NCBI GenBank assembly: GCA_977862235.1
Contig: OZ374562.1
Coordinates: 1,488,001-1,552,000, forward strand
Reading direction: 5' to 3'
Length of the DNA stretch: 64,000 nucleotides
Source of the DNA: Dudresnaya verticillata
Lineage: Eukaryota
Part shown: positions 46,371-59,464 of the stretch, in pieces
Position numbering within the stretch: position 1 is the stretch's first letter
How the letters are laid out: each line of letters starts with the position of its first letter
Position numbers and translations under genes: made by a program
The notes under the pieces: model-generated
Seen by the model: only the letters and a program-made list of their open reading frames with translations
Database searches by the model: none
What the model was told of the DNA's origin: nothing

Positions 46371-49233
46371 GTGTATGTAGAATGGAAAACAGTACAGATT
46401 GTAGGTTTATGAACCTGGAATCGGGGCAACAAGTCCAAGTAGCTTGCGACTGATAACATGCGTAAAGTTATTCCCAGCCGCATGGTTGAACTGATTGTAG
46501 ATCGTCGCGAGCGCCTTCCCATTTAGCCATTGCGGTAAACGTCTTGGTGTACCATTGCGAAAAGATTGTAGAGGCATTCCCTAGTCATGGTTCTGTCAAA
46601 TCCCATAACATCCTTATTCCTGGAACAAGCTGGAACAGTGGATGTAGACCGCATAACCGGGACCAATGTTACAAAGACGCTAACCGCTCGGCTGGAGAAT
46701 TTAATTGACACGACACTTCCGAGGATGCAATTAGCGCGACGGCGCTACAATCTCAACTTTAATAGCAGGATTCCACTGGCCAATCAAAAGGTACTCCCTG
46801 TCCGATGTTTCTTCCCTCAGAGGGAACAAAAGTGAAGGACGTTTCATGAGTTGGAAGAGAACGGAAACTGTTCCCGAAGGCCCTCGGGCCATAATAGCTA
46901 CTCGAAAAAGGAACTCAAGTCGTGGTCGTCGATATCAAGGGCGGCAGAGAAAAAAGCTCTTTAGATAGGGTCATTTTGGCTGCTTCGCCACAGGAACCAC
47001 TCATGTCACGAGGCATGAGCCCCTCCATGGTGGGTATACCACCGGCGACAGGTGAAACACCTTCAAGAATCTCCAGCGGGCCGACCATGGGGACCAGCTC
47101 CAGGCCCCTGGTCCTACACTGAATACCGCTCCAAGCGGTACCATTCAAGAGCGTTCAGAAGCACACGGTGCTGAAGTCGAGACAGCACCCGAAACGCAGA
47201 GGCAGGTGCCCCTGGTATTACTGACACGTCAATTAATGTGCCGCAATTACGTCCGCCCGCCCCTAAGACACTAGCTACCATTGAATCAAGTGCACGCACC
47301 CCGATCAGAGGCAGGAGAATGCTCCTATGGATTTGGAGACAGATGCCCACACTCTTGCGCCGCCAATGGCCGAAGGGACGTCTGGTCTGGTTGCACCTTC
47401 TCACCGATCAAAAAGGGCTCCCCAGCGAGAACACGTGTATTAAAGGATCGTTTCCTATGATGCTGAAACACACCTCTATCGCGTGCGATGGTTCCACATT
47501 CCCGCTCCAAAGGACACGTGGGAACCTAAGGGTTACCTCTCTCACAACCTTGTTCCGAGGTACCATCGACAAAAAAGGATACCGTTCCCTGATAATTAGC
47601 GACGGAGACGTCCGCGCGACAGTACTAAGCCTACAGTGGCCCTGGTCGGATACATACTGGGCAAGCCCTAGGGTATATTCAGACAGGCTAAGCGTGACAG
47701 CATAAGCCGAAGTCTCAATGATATGAAGTAGACGCTCTAGCGAGTTGAAGTGAAGAACTCTGGTTCTAGGGTTTCGCGCTCGTGCACACCCACGCCAACA
47801 GAAACTTGTATCTACTGGTTAGACGTGAAAATGGGCTGATAATCGTACTCAAATCGATAGGAGCTCATCTTTGGAAGACGGGTCATGATAACACGTAACA
47901 AGGAACTGGGCTTGCACCGGTGTCTACTCATTCACTTCCTGAATTGTATAGAGCGAAGAAGAGATGGACTTTGCATATATGAATGATGTGGATATATGGA
48001 AGAACAGTCAGGCTTTGGATAGATGAATGGAAATGGGATAGATGTTAAAAGGATAGGATCCTAGATAAATTCAGGGAAATGGATGGATGAAAACGAGAGG
48101 TGAACTCTTCAAGACGGTTTAGGCAAAGCGGAAACGTGCTTCAGATCTGGAAATCGATCCCCCGTCAGGAGATTGGCCAATGCTACTCGTGCGGTTGAAA
48201 CTGGATCACTATCAGCCTAAGAAATAGGGCTAATCGCGAGTAAAAGAGGCTAGTACCTCGATGAACGGAGTCGCAAGATCATCGCTACCCTAAGGAATCA
48301 TTCCTGAAAGGCAGAATCCATGAGACCGCTCACCCTTCACGCGGGTAATGGTCGGCCTCGATGGCTAAATTGCAATTTAATACCGCAATAAATACTAACG
48401 CTATGGAGCTTGGTGGCAGTCGAACTGCCAAGGAGCTACACTAAAGCTATCGAATGAACAAGGGCCTCAACCCAAAGCTACGCCGGCTAATACCCACCAA
48501 AAGTGGTGATGGACCTCAAGGGCTCGAAGCAGCCACGCAGAAGTTCCCCGGTCCAGACTCGTTAGGATTGGGGCTAAAATCCATACCAATTGTATGCGCC
48601 CTCACCCATACCCCTACAAGGCACCACCGCCGGGCGGGAGTATGTTGTACGCGGATAGATGCGCAAAATTCCTGAAGGCTATCAACTCATGCCTGCGCTC
48701 AGAAATGCCTACTGAACTTGGTGTCCCACGATGACAGTTGCCATTGAGTGGCTGCGAGAGCAAGCAGAGTATAGGAAAGGCTACAGCAGGGAACAGCTGT
48801 AGACACTTGGCGGCAAATACGCTACAGTACGTCACAGTGTGCTGTATAGCTACTGCTGGTATTGTTGACACGCTCTCCGGCCACGACGCACGACATGGAG
48901 GTGCTTTGAGGCGCTTAGCCTAGTCAATACGGGGCCGTCGCACGGCACACGAACGCCCTCACCAGCACGCAATGGCACCACGCACCCACTTGAAGGAATA
49001 GGAAAGATTGCGCGGAGTCTCAACGCCTGCGAAAGAGGTTGGGTGATGTAATCAATACGGGTTTCCTGCGAAGCGATTAAGCCGCTGGAATAGGATACTA
49101 ACCCATACCGGGAGAAAAGCCTCAAGGAAGAACGGGTACCCTCGCACGCAGTCCCACGAGCCGCATTAGCTGGGAGCTCAACATCCATGTACGTCGCGTT
49201 ATGCGGGGTTTATTTGCCCTTCGCAGGCTCCAA

Positions 49234-52198
49234 CTAATCTTCCTTCTTCAACACGAGCTTCGTCCTGACGAGCAAGTCGTCACCAGGCTTGGGAGCCTCG
49301 ATGATTGAATCCGGAGCCAAGGTCTCGGTGTTCCACGACATAGCCTCAGTGGCGTTCCTCGAAGGAACCACAGCCTGATATGGTGTAGTCGTGGGTTCTA
49401 CTGAAGGGTTCGCCCCTGATGAGACCTCTGCTGTTCTACCAATAGAATGGCAACTTGGTTGCAATATTCCGGACGGCGGGTTGAGCCCAGTCGACGCTTC
49501 GATAGAGATAAGCACAGCGCCCTGACGGACGGAGCCTAGGTTGACACCAACTTGAGAAGCCGGTGGCTGACAGGAAGTTACAGCTCCCGAAGGCGGGGTC
49601 TCTATCGGGGGCAGCACGGCCTTAGCCATGCCCGTGGAAGCCGAGGTGGCTGGCTCCTCCCGTGAAATCTTGAAAACATCAGCCTAGATGGCTTGACAAG
49701 CGCCCTGGTCTGGAACTGTTATAAACGAGCCCGAAGCAGAAGAACCCGGTCGGCAGTAGCCAATACCTCTGCACGAACTGGAGACAGGCTCCTTCGTGGT
49801 CGCGGTACCGGGTTTCTGCTTGATATTAGCCCCGCCCAGTGGGGGAAACGTGGTCCGATGAGCCAACACGCGTTCAATGGGACGAGGGGTCCCGATCCAA
49901 TGAACCTCATACTCGGCTAGAACGTCCTCCAATCTGTCAGCGAGACTGTGTGGGTTGAGGGAATAAATCACTCAGTGGGCAGCCAATCGAATGGATAAGC
50001 AGCGGCGTCTAAATTCATCTCGGATCTCCGCGTCGACGATAGTGGTGAAGCATCACTGGACGTGCGGACCCTGAGGCTCCCCGTCGATAGTGTTATCAGA
50101 AGGGGCACCTCATCAGGGTTCTTCGACCCTTCATCACGCCAGCGGACGCTCACCCAATCGCGGGTATAGCCCCGTACGGCGGTCCCCCTCATCAAGCTCG
50201 ATAGATTCATGCTCGAAGGTATCGGTGCCATCCGATAGTCCGGATGGACTGAATGATACTTGACAGCATCGAACGCAACCCAGTCGCCGCGATCATATAC
50301 CGGTTTCCACTCGCCAGTGTTCTGATTCTCAGGAAAGTGCCTACTGTGCTTCGAGCGCCGCTCCAGAGAATACGCTCGACAAAGAACAGGAGTTGATCCA
50401 AGTCTACGGTATTAACCGGGATAGCGGTGAAGGCGGATGAGCCTGTGGTACGGATGGTCTCACGAAGGTGGGCGTTGGTGAAGTACAACCAGCCCTTCTG
50501 GGCTTCGTAAACGAACACCACAGTCGCCCATACGACCCATTCATGACTGAAGATGGACCCTAATAGAAACTCGTCTGTGTTCACATCCATCATCTCCAAG
50601 CCAATCTAGGCTATGATTGTGGGAGTGGCACCGTCATGGAATACAACCCCAACCCCCTTATGGTCTCCTGTTAATTGAACGTACTTCACCTTGTACAATT
50701 CGGGTCCAATACCCGTGACATCTTAACATTGAGCCGGCATAAAGCAATCAGTGCGATGACGATTGCTACGCTCGAAGCGCATTAATTACGACGGCTTAGC
50801 CGTTAGGGGATTGTCCAACGCGAACTGGAACGTGTATATCTCGTCCCAACGGACGACCGAGCCGTGGTGTAAGGGTAGTTGTCCCTGCCGCTGCGAATCA
50901 GCGGACGTTGATGAGTAGACAATACAAGGTCATAGCTACCAGATTGGTGTTGTGTAACGAATAGTCCACGGTGAAGCGGAGAAGTCTCGCACTGTAAGCG
51001 GTGGCCTCGGAGCCGAACGGGTGGCCTCGTAGCCAAAGGGAAAACGAAGAGACGAAAAGGGACGGTAGCGCGGTAGAGCTGGGCGACTGACACTGAGGAC
51101 CACGGTGTCAACGAGTACGTCTGCGGAAGGGATAACTGAGAGCTAACGATCACCGGAGACAATCCGGATTCGCGGGGTTATCAAAGGCGAGACTAGACCC
51201 CATCTGCGAACACGAACTCGAAGACATCGAACACGAAGAAAAAGGCGTTTACCGTAGACTACGAGATTCTAGTGTTAGTAGCTTGCCGGGAACCCTCGGA
51301 GGTAGTACGAGACGACTGTCTAAGTGCTACTACGCGAGCGTGAATACGCATCCACCCGGGAGACGGTTCGCACTCGGCTAGTTCGTAACGGCTTCGAAGC
51401 CCGCGAACTGTAGTTTCGCGTATGGTGTAAGTTACGAGAAGCGCCAGCAATGCATATGGAGGCGCACGCGCACCGTCGGCCTCGGAGCCGTTTGGGCAAG
51501 AAACAACGGAATGAATACGGAAGTATCAGCCACTCCGAATACAGTGACGAACTGTAATACATGGGCCATCGGGGAACGCGTAATCACGGAGTCACTTCGC
51601 GAAATTCTTACTTATCGATTATTTTCACGTCAACTGCGGAGTTGATTTGGAAACAGCGCATATACCAAAAATGGGTAACTCTCTGGATCATATCCAGCTT
51701 TTGGTTGAGCTTCTCGCCTAAGGTGGCGGTGTATTTCACCTCGTGGCGAAAGCACAGGTGCGGTAGATCCCACTGCCACAGATCTGTGAGGGTGGGCAGG
51801 CGGAAACTCACGCCAGTCAACAAGGATAGACGCGCACGGTCGTGTGAGGCCCACGTGCGGCTCTGGGCCTGTAGAGCTCCGCGATGGTGGATATCCAAAC
51901 GATCAGCGCGGACAAGCGCTTTCAAGTGCGTTAAAGCTGTACGCATTAGCCAACCGCAGCTCTTTGTGATGGTAATCAGGACATCTGCTTCGTTGAACTC
52001 GATCCCAAACACGCTAATGCTGTTGTACAGCTGTATCCGGCGACTCCGTAAGCAATCTGGTTGTGACTCATAATGGCCAGACGTATGTGTGATGAAATCG
52101 TATTCTTGACAGTTCCTATGGCTGAACTTGACAATTTTGCTTGACAGTTGGCTCAGCGTTGAAAGGCACAGGAACCGGACGTGCGGGGAGGCCCTCAC
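49234..52198 (-). pseudogene. Large decayed gene of unknown function, antisense to and downstream of E5 pol
   Basis: Chain of same-strand frames (51608-52198, 51259-51450, 50207-50599, 49968-50231, 49684-49971, 49234-49629); second copy at 63115-64000 shows synonymous-site divergence in this frame. Confidence 0.65.
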
Positions 52199-52712
52199 TC
52201 TGATGGGTTGGAAACAGCCAAAGTTGGCGCCCGAGCAGGACAGGAAGGTATATGTCGATGAAAATCAATCACGTCTCGCCAAGGTGAAGTAAGAACTGTG
52301 CGTCTGTAGGAGTCGAAGAGAGAAAGGATGGCGTAAGACGCGGTTGCTGGGTGGGTTAAGGCGATTACGGGTGCGTGAAGGGAGGTGCAGCGGAAGACGC
52401 TCTGAGGTTGCTGCAATATTCAGGCGTCTGGGGCTATTCGAGCAAAAGCGTCGTGCGTTTGGTGGAACGGTGAGATGAAGCCATCGAGACGTAGCCGATG
52501 AGGTGCTCGGCACGCGAGGGATTTGGCAATACTGCATTCGCCTTGTCGTGAGACGTCCGCACAGGCTGTCCGCGGGTGTAACTGGCGTGTTGGCCCAACC
52601 TACGACCAAGAATTTACCCGGAGCCAAAAAAAAGCCTTGCTGGCTTCGCGGATGTCCGTGGCTTCCCTCTGCAAATTTCTACCAACATACCCCCATTCAG
52701 CTACGAATGCTA

Positions 52713-53374
52713 CACCAAATCTCTTTAATTATTTTTATCGACTTAATAGTGTCAGTCCCCAAATAGTGTCAGTTATACTGTTTAGAGGGACGGGAAAAGG
52801 GTGCCGTGAAACATGCCGGACAATTTAGTACCATTGTGCCGATTTGGAAGGGTGAGATTCAAAATTTTGAAATCATGTTCTTCTCGTGCAGTCTCTGTAT
52901 ACTGTCTCATGAATTTTATATTGTGCATAATGTCTCTTGGATCAGTTCGTAAATTTCTGGCACCTTAACGTCAGGGCCAGAAGAGGTTGCCACCACTGTC
53001 ACCATCTCCGATAGTGCACTCAATCCAGCATGCAATGGAAACGCGCGAAGCACGTGACAACCAAAGCAACCAAGCCGACGTGCAAGACACATCAAAAGCA
53101 GCCCAGGTGGTATGCCGGTGGCAGACAGCTTGAAGCTTGATGGGCAGGTGACTGAAAGAGATTCGCAACTGTAAGTTTCGTGACTGCCGATGAAAACCGT
53201 CTCAATTTGTGACAATAAAATGTCCGTGCTCTTTTAGTATCACTGAAACTAAATTGAATTAGGTGCAGAATAGTGTCAGTCCTAAATTAGAATCACTTAT
53301 ACTATTTAAAGGACTAAGGCTTCAAAATCAATAGTTCTGTTTAGTGTCACTGGCATTAATTAAAGAGATTTGTG
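52713..53374. mobile_element. Non-autonomous TIR element (MITE, Tc1/mariner-like ends)
   Basis: TA|CACCAAATCTCTTTAATTA...TAATTAAAGAGATTTGTG|TA; repeated subterminal TAGTGTCA motifs; AT-rich. Confidence 0.75.
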
Positions 53375-53419
53375 TAGTAATGACATTACCACAGGTTTCC
53401 TGGGTCTTTTCGCTTTTCG

Positions 53420-54176
53420 TCCTGACCCGAATTCATTCCAGTACACTTACCAAAACGTGCTTTTCCAACTTCTTTTCCTTTTTATTTCCGCTTTGAATCT
53501 TTGTCTTCGATCCGCTTCGATTTCAATTGTCATCATCGTTATTCTTGCCTTCAACGCTTCTGGTCCGGTTTACTTCTCTTGATTATTTACAGAGGAGCCT
53601 AACATATTTTTTTGTATGTCCTTAGTAAAACCTGGCATTGAAGCTTCTCTTTCATTCTAGACTTTAAACATAGGATGGTACAGCTTATTGTTTTCTTGAG
53701 GTTCTGTTCCTTAAACCGTCCATATCCAAAACCTTCCAATCTGACGAATATTTCGCTCACAAACTATAGCATTCGGTCCCCACGGCCTTCAATTCCCATT
53801 GGAACGCGAACTCCTCTGATAGCCTTGTTGATATGGTTGGGTCGCTTTCGTCTTCATCCTCACGCAGAGCCAGGCCTTTTATGTACTTCTCGGCGTGCGT
53901 AGAAGGCAGTTGGTCGACGGTCTTGCCTGGCGCAATTTCATCGAATGCGCTGAGAATATGCATATTTTCCAAGAGAGACTGATCTATTGACACCTGAAAT
54001 GATGCTCGACTCAAACTCGGAATCTCCTTCTTCTCCTCTATTTCCAATTCATAGCGCTTCCGCTTCTTCAGAAACTCCGCGGCCACCTTCGGGTTGCAGG
54101 TTTCTAAAATTGTATGTGATATTGGCTCGAAAATAGTAGCCACAGTCTCTACCTGATCTGTCGTATTCGAATGCAT
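53420..54176 (-). pseudogene. gag N-terminal fragment of the WLDD-type Gypsy lineage
   Basis: FEPISHTILETCNPKVAAEFL...ASFQVSIDQSLL aligns with FAPVQHPVLRSVEPLKVSAFL...ASFKVSVDRSLL at 59230-59400. Confidence 0.75.
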
Positions 54177-54561
54177 TATAAACACCTTCTGCTTCTGGAG
54201 TTGTTGTTCCTGTGTTTTGGTGCGATGTAACTTGTCAATGCGAAGACCTCTTCCCTCTTCTTTCCTCGGAGGGAAGACGGGCAGAGTTTGATATCGCCAG
54301 AGTTGCCTACGATGCGACTCCGGGTTCACTCACTGCTCCTAGTGAACGAGCACGAGTAGCAGCTAACCATAAACCGTAATATCAACTCTACAGTATCCGT
54401 GAACAGCATAGCTCAGAATATTTAGCCGTAGGGACAGGCTTGAACACGTTCCGTCTATAGTGGAACATGTTCTAGAGCTTGAAGTTGAAACAGCTATTCT
54501 AACTTGTAAACTACAGCTCCACTAAAGATAAAGGCAGGAGAATACTTGGAACCGCTCTACA

Positions 54562-57500
54562 CGGCCCCATGCTTTCAGAGGCAAAGCCAATGAAAACATC
54601 ACGGAAGTTCGATTCCAAGTAGCTGCATCGCCTTCTTGGCTAACTTCTTCTCTGTTGAAGTGAGGAAGTCTTTGAAACACTGGGGTACATCTTGATAATA
54701 TCAAGTACAGACTGCCAGGTCCATTCAATTTTGCCTGGCTGCCCAAGCCATTGTATTTGGATAAAAATTCCATCGCCGGCCTCCCCGATGTCCAGCAGAT
54801 TCTCAACCGTCTCGAAATGACTTTCGATATGTTGGGCCTGTTCCACCAGCTTCTTCGAGACATCAGCACCGTCCATACTTGCTTTGTAAAGCATCATCCT
54901 TGCTGCTTGTACCACTTCCACCTTGCTATCCACTAGACCAATAACCTCACACACCGTCTTACTTATGACTCTTGAATCCCTCCGCGGGCCAAGCCAACTA
55001 AACTTCAATTTGTGTCCCTTACCTTGAACCCGGCGTACTACAACAAAGCCCCCAACAGAAGACTGAGGTTCCACTGGATTTGTTTTCTTGTTGTGACTCT
55101 TGATTTGGCGCTGCCTATTCTTTGATACGGACGTTGTGACATCCTTGTGCATGTCATCAATTACCTTCTGCATTTCATCAATCTTGATGCGTTGTTGGAC
55201 TCTTGCCTGGCTCAGTGCAACTGGAGACTCTTCTTCCATACGCTCAATTGTAAATGAAGTTCTTTTTCGGCGAATACCGGTCATGACTTCGAGTGGAGTC
55301 CTGAAAGTGCCGTGTGCCCGCTTCCCAAACGCTTTCGTGGAGCTTCATTAAGCGCGGACATGAAAATACCAATAACAAGAGGCCAATCCTGAAGACCCAA
55401 CTTGCGTTCTGACAGTAGTGGAATGGTTGCGGCTCTAATATGCCGCATGCATACCTCAGCAGTACCATTTACGCATGGTGAGTAGGCAAATGTGAAATTG
55501 TGCTTGATCCTATGCGCGGCAGCCAGCATTTCCATGACCTTATTTTTGAAGTGGGAGCCCTGGTCGGAAACTCAAAAGTCCATGCCTGTGAAAACTCTTA
55601 TCCATCTGGAAATCTCTATTGCAGCTGCAGCAGCATCAGCTGATATGCTTGGACAAATTCATAGATAGGTGGATAGGTCGTTCGTGATAATGAGTCAGTA
55701 CTTTAGACCATCAGACCCTATTCCCACGAAGATAAAATCAAAGTGGACCACCTCGTTAGGCTTTGTTCCGTGAAGCGTGGAAGATATAGGACGGGGAATG
55801 CGGTTGCCGGCTTTCGAAATGATACAGTGCAGGCAGTCCGAAACAAATTCACCCACATCAGCATCTATGCCGTTCCATGTATAGCTGTCCTTCAGGGTAC
55901 TTAGTGTAGCTTCAGAACCTCGGTGACCAGCCGTACCGCAATGGAAAACAACTATAAGCTTGAGTTGAAGGTCCACATCCGTCGTAGGAATCCAACGTTT
56001 TCCATCTTTTCGTAGGAGACCATCCATACCCCGCTGCAATTCCTCTGAGGCACTTCCCAGTGCTTCCTGCTTTGACCACCAAACCAAATCTATTGTAGGC
56101 CACACAAAGTCAGTATCAAATGGGGACTGTACGACGTCTTGTTTTCCCAAAGGGATAGTAACACGTTGAGCAAGATTCCGCTTGCCGCGGTATCCGGCGA
56201 ACCATCGCGTCATCATATCCGCTGTAATGTTGCGGGTACCTTCACCATGCTTAATAGTGTACATCAACCGAGACCAATAGAGCGCCCACGGTTGCACCCT
56301 ATTAATGATTTGTTTCTACTGAAGTAGGATCTTAAGTAGGGAGCATCACAGCACTACACCAAGCAAGGCCACACTGAAGCGGCAATAGCTAAGTGGTTTC
56401 TTTTTGCTTGGTCCGCCATGGAGGTCGTGGGATCGAGTCCCGAGGGTGTGTGACCGTGCGAAGCTGGAGAGTAGTCTAGAAAAAAGGGTTGTAAACAAAC
56501 AATAAATTGCGATGGTCCGTAAATACATGGATGCTCTCTTCACATGCAAACATGAAGTCCATTTTCTCAGAAGCCTGAAACACCGCATACGCCTCACGTT
56601 CGAAGTTTGATCAGTGTTGCTGTGTCTTATTGAATGAAGACCCCAGAAAAGCTAAAGGGTGATGCATTTGGTCCTCAATTGGCTTTTTTCTAAACTGTTT
56701 GCCTCACACTGGGTTACAACTGCAGCCCAGTGAGTATCTGACGCATCCGTATACACGCAAAGAGTTTTAGATTGGTCCCTGTGTGCGAGCTTGACAGCCT
56801 TTCGAAGTTGTTCTTGCAGACCGTAAAAGGATTCATTATGGACACGGCCCCAGGACAACTGCGAGAGGAGAACACCCTGTATGGACCGCGAGGTCCGTTT
56901 ACCAGACTTCTAATAGGCTTCCGCAAGGACTGAACGCAGTGGAGTTTCACGATTAGCGACTTCCGGTATATATTGTGACATCCACCGCAGGTAGTTAACG
57001 AACTGCGATAACTCTGCACTGTCTCCGGAGGTGAGGCGTTCTTAAGTCCACTCAATCTCCTAGGGTCACACGATACTCCATCTTTGTCCACGACATAACC
57101 ACACCATTCGAGCGTAGTACTGAAAAGTCTTGTCTTCTTGGCGGAGACCTTCAGGTCTTTCTCTTGGCATATCTTAAAAAATTGCGCAGCTCGGAAATCG
57201 GTTGTTCTTCACTCTTAGCATGTACCCCAAAGTCGTCCAGCCAGGCCTTTACAGATCCTCGTATAGACTGAAAGCACGGCTCGACGCGTGACTGGAAACT
57301 TTGTACAGAGTTCATGACTCCCTGCAACGTTCTTGTTGGCTGAAAGACACCTGCGGGTGTCAGAAAGCTGTGGTAGTGCTGGCTTTCCGGAACCAACGGC
57401 ATTTTCCAATAACCTGCACAAAAGTCAAAACTTGCGAAGCAGTTACTACCACAGACGTCCAGAAGTTCAGACTGAAGGTGGGGCATGGGAGAACTCATGG

Positions 57501-59464
57501 GCTTAGTGCATTGGTTCACCCTACGCAGCTGCCTTGACCTAGGTCAAAGGTGAGCCTACAAAACAAGGTACCGGGCTTGGGAACGAGTAATGGCGGGGAA
57601 GTCCACTCGGCATTTGGATTAGGGATAGCCATACTGTACTCAACAAGCTCGTCGACAAAACGCGTCATGTATTCCCTTTGGTCCCCCGAGTATCGCCGGG
57701 GCTTGGAAATGTAAGGCACAGACCCAGGCTGGATACTAATACGCATTGGTTCCACCTTAAGAGGTGGGCCAGGGCCAAGTCTGACAAGAAATACATCCCT
57801 GTAGTCCACCTAAAGTTCTGTCATTCTGCTGCGGCCAGTGGCACTCAATCCGTTACTTGTTGCCTCTTCCAACAACTTGGTTAGTGCGAAGTCTAGCTCC
57901 TCTGGTGTGTCTTCACCCAATTCCGTTCTTTGTGCAGAAAGTCCTTCGACATCACCGCTGGGCTCACCCTGGTCTGAGTGAAAGAGCCCCGATGTTAGTA
58001 TGCGAGCAATTGAGCCCTTTCTATGCTCTTTCTTCATCACAGAGTCTGCATCCACCTCACCGTGATACCTGTCACAGGCGGCAGAAAGAATCTCCTTCGT
58101 GTCCAATCCGAGAGGTTCTTGAATCGGACGTCGCAGAAGTAGCTCTTCAACAGCATCTACAGCAACGAGCCACGTTAAATTGCGGATTAGCAGAGCCTTC
58201 CCGTGACGAATGCGAAGCTCAATGTTAAGAGTAACCTCCCTATCGCAAGCCACATGCATGTCAGCAGCATAGACCAAACTTGCGTGGGTGGTCAAAGACG
58301 TTAGCTGTCATGTTTGCGCGATGATGTAAAAGCTCTGTAAAGATCTTTTGAGGCAATAAGTTAATGTCCGAGCCACCATCGGCATATAACCTTGCCGAAA
58401 CGTTTACAGCAAACACTACTTCCATGAGTGTAGAGTTGCTGTCATTTGCGTCATCATTAGCATCAGCTTTTGGGTGAGTTGCAAAACGCTTTGCCTTCCT
58501 TTTGCTGCGATCTTCCAGAAAAGACTGCAAAAGCTTGTGTGACTCATGTGCGCTTGTCTCGGGACATTGCCGAACACCATTGCCGAACACCCCTGGGATG
58601 TTTAATACCCATTTTATTACATTCAGGGTTTAGGCATGGAAGCTCACGAAGCTTCATGGGAATCTTTCCATTCTTGAATTCTTCGGTGTTATTATTGCCT
58701 CCCGAGCGGTTCCTGCCTTTATGGGAACCATTACCGCTTCCTGTCTTTGAGGACTTATCCCTCTTAGATGGCTTTTCGTCCTTATGTGAAGGACCGCGTG
58801 TGGGCCTTACTTTGTCCTGAATTACAGCTTCCGAACAAAAGAGAGCAACAAATTCGTAAAACTTCATTTTTAGGCCGGCCTGGAACTCTATGTGTTCCCA
58901 CATGGCAGCTTTCAGGTGAGCTGGATAAGGATGCTCCTGAACCAGCTTAATTGTTTTCCGGGGATTGCGCTCCTTGAAAGAGGAGTAGCCAAATCCGTCC
59001 AATCACTCGAAAATATCATGAACACACTCTATCATGCGAGCTTCTGGGTCCGAGATGTTCATTGGCACTTTGATTCCCCGCCGAGCCTCATTGATAACAG
59101 TAGGGTTGACGACCTTGGAGTTTTCTTTCCCCACAATACTCCTAGCCCACGCCTCAATCTGCTCAGACTTGAGTTCGTCGAATGGCGTGTCATTAGCAGC
59201 ATCGCTCATACGACCCAAGCTATCCATTGTCTTGAGTAGACTGCGGTCTACGGAGACTTTAAAGGATGCAACAGTCATTCCAGAAACTTGTTTGCTCTTC
59301 TCCTACACTTCGTCCACGTACTGCTCTCTTGCAAGTAAGAAAGCTGAAACCTTGAGCGGTTCTACACTCCGTAGAACCGGATGCTGGACTGGAGCGAACA
59401 ATGTACTTGAAGTGCCATAATCGGACTTGTCCCTTTCTGCTAAGGAGCGAGTAGTCTGCGGCAT
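54562..59464 (-). mobile_element. Degenerate Gypsy element, complete gag-pol domain set with chromodomain (WLDD-type)
   Basis: gag ATG at 59464; PR YADGGSDINL; RT DFCAGYWK, KAWLDD; RH YTDASD; INT HCGTAGHRG...CLHC, VHFDF, GPR; chromodomain IQIQWLG...WTWQ; PPT-like GGGGCCG then TGT at ~54561. Confidence 0.9.

Larger units (their letters stand above)
38517..47710 (+). mobile_element. Degenerate internal region of E5 (gag, PR, INT C-terminus, probable chromodomain); RT/RH replaced by unrelated DNA at ~42420-46500
   Basis: Knuckle remnant CVECYGIGYKMSNCP (41291), PR remnant LNTGAGHNLIR (~41970), AVDAVMGCTFID; 46590-47000 aligns to the E1 INT C-terminus (RRRYNLNFNSRI; VDIKGGREKSSLDRV). That both halves are one element is inferred. 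Confidence 0.65.

Noticed and set aside
47960..48100. Purine-rich GGAT/GGAA low-complexity stretch as telomeric or satellite repeat
   Set aside because: No regular period; treated as low-complexity spacer
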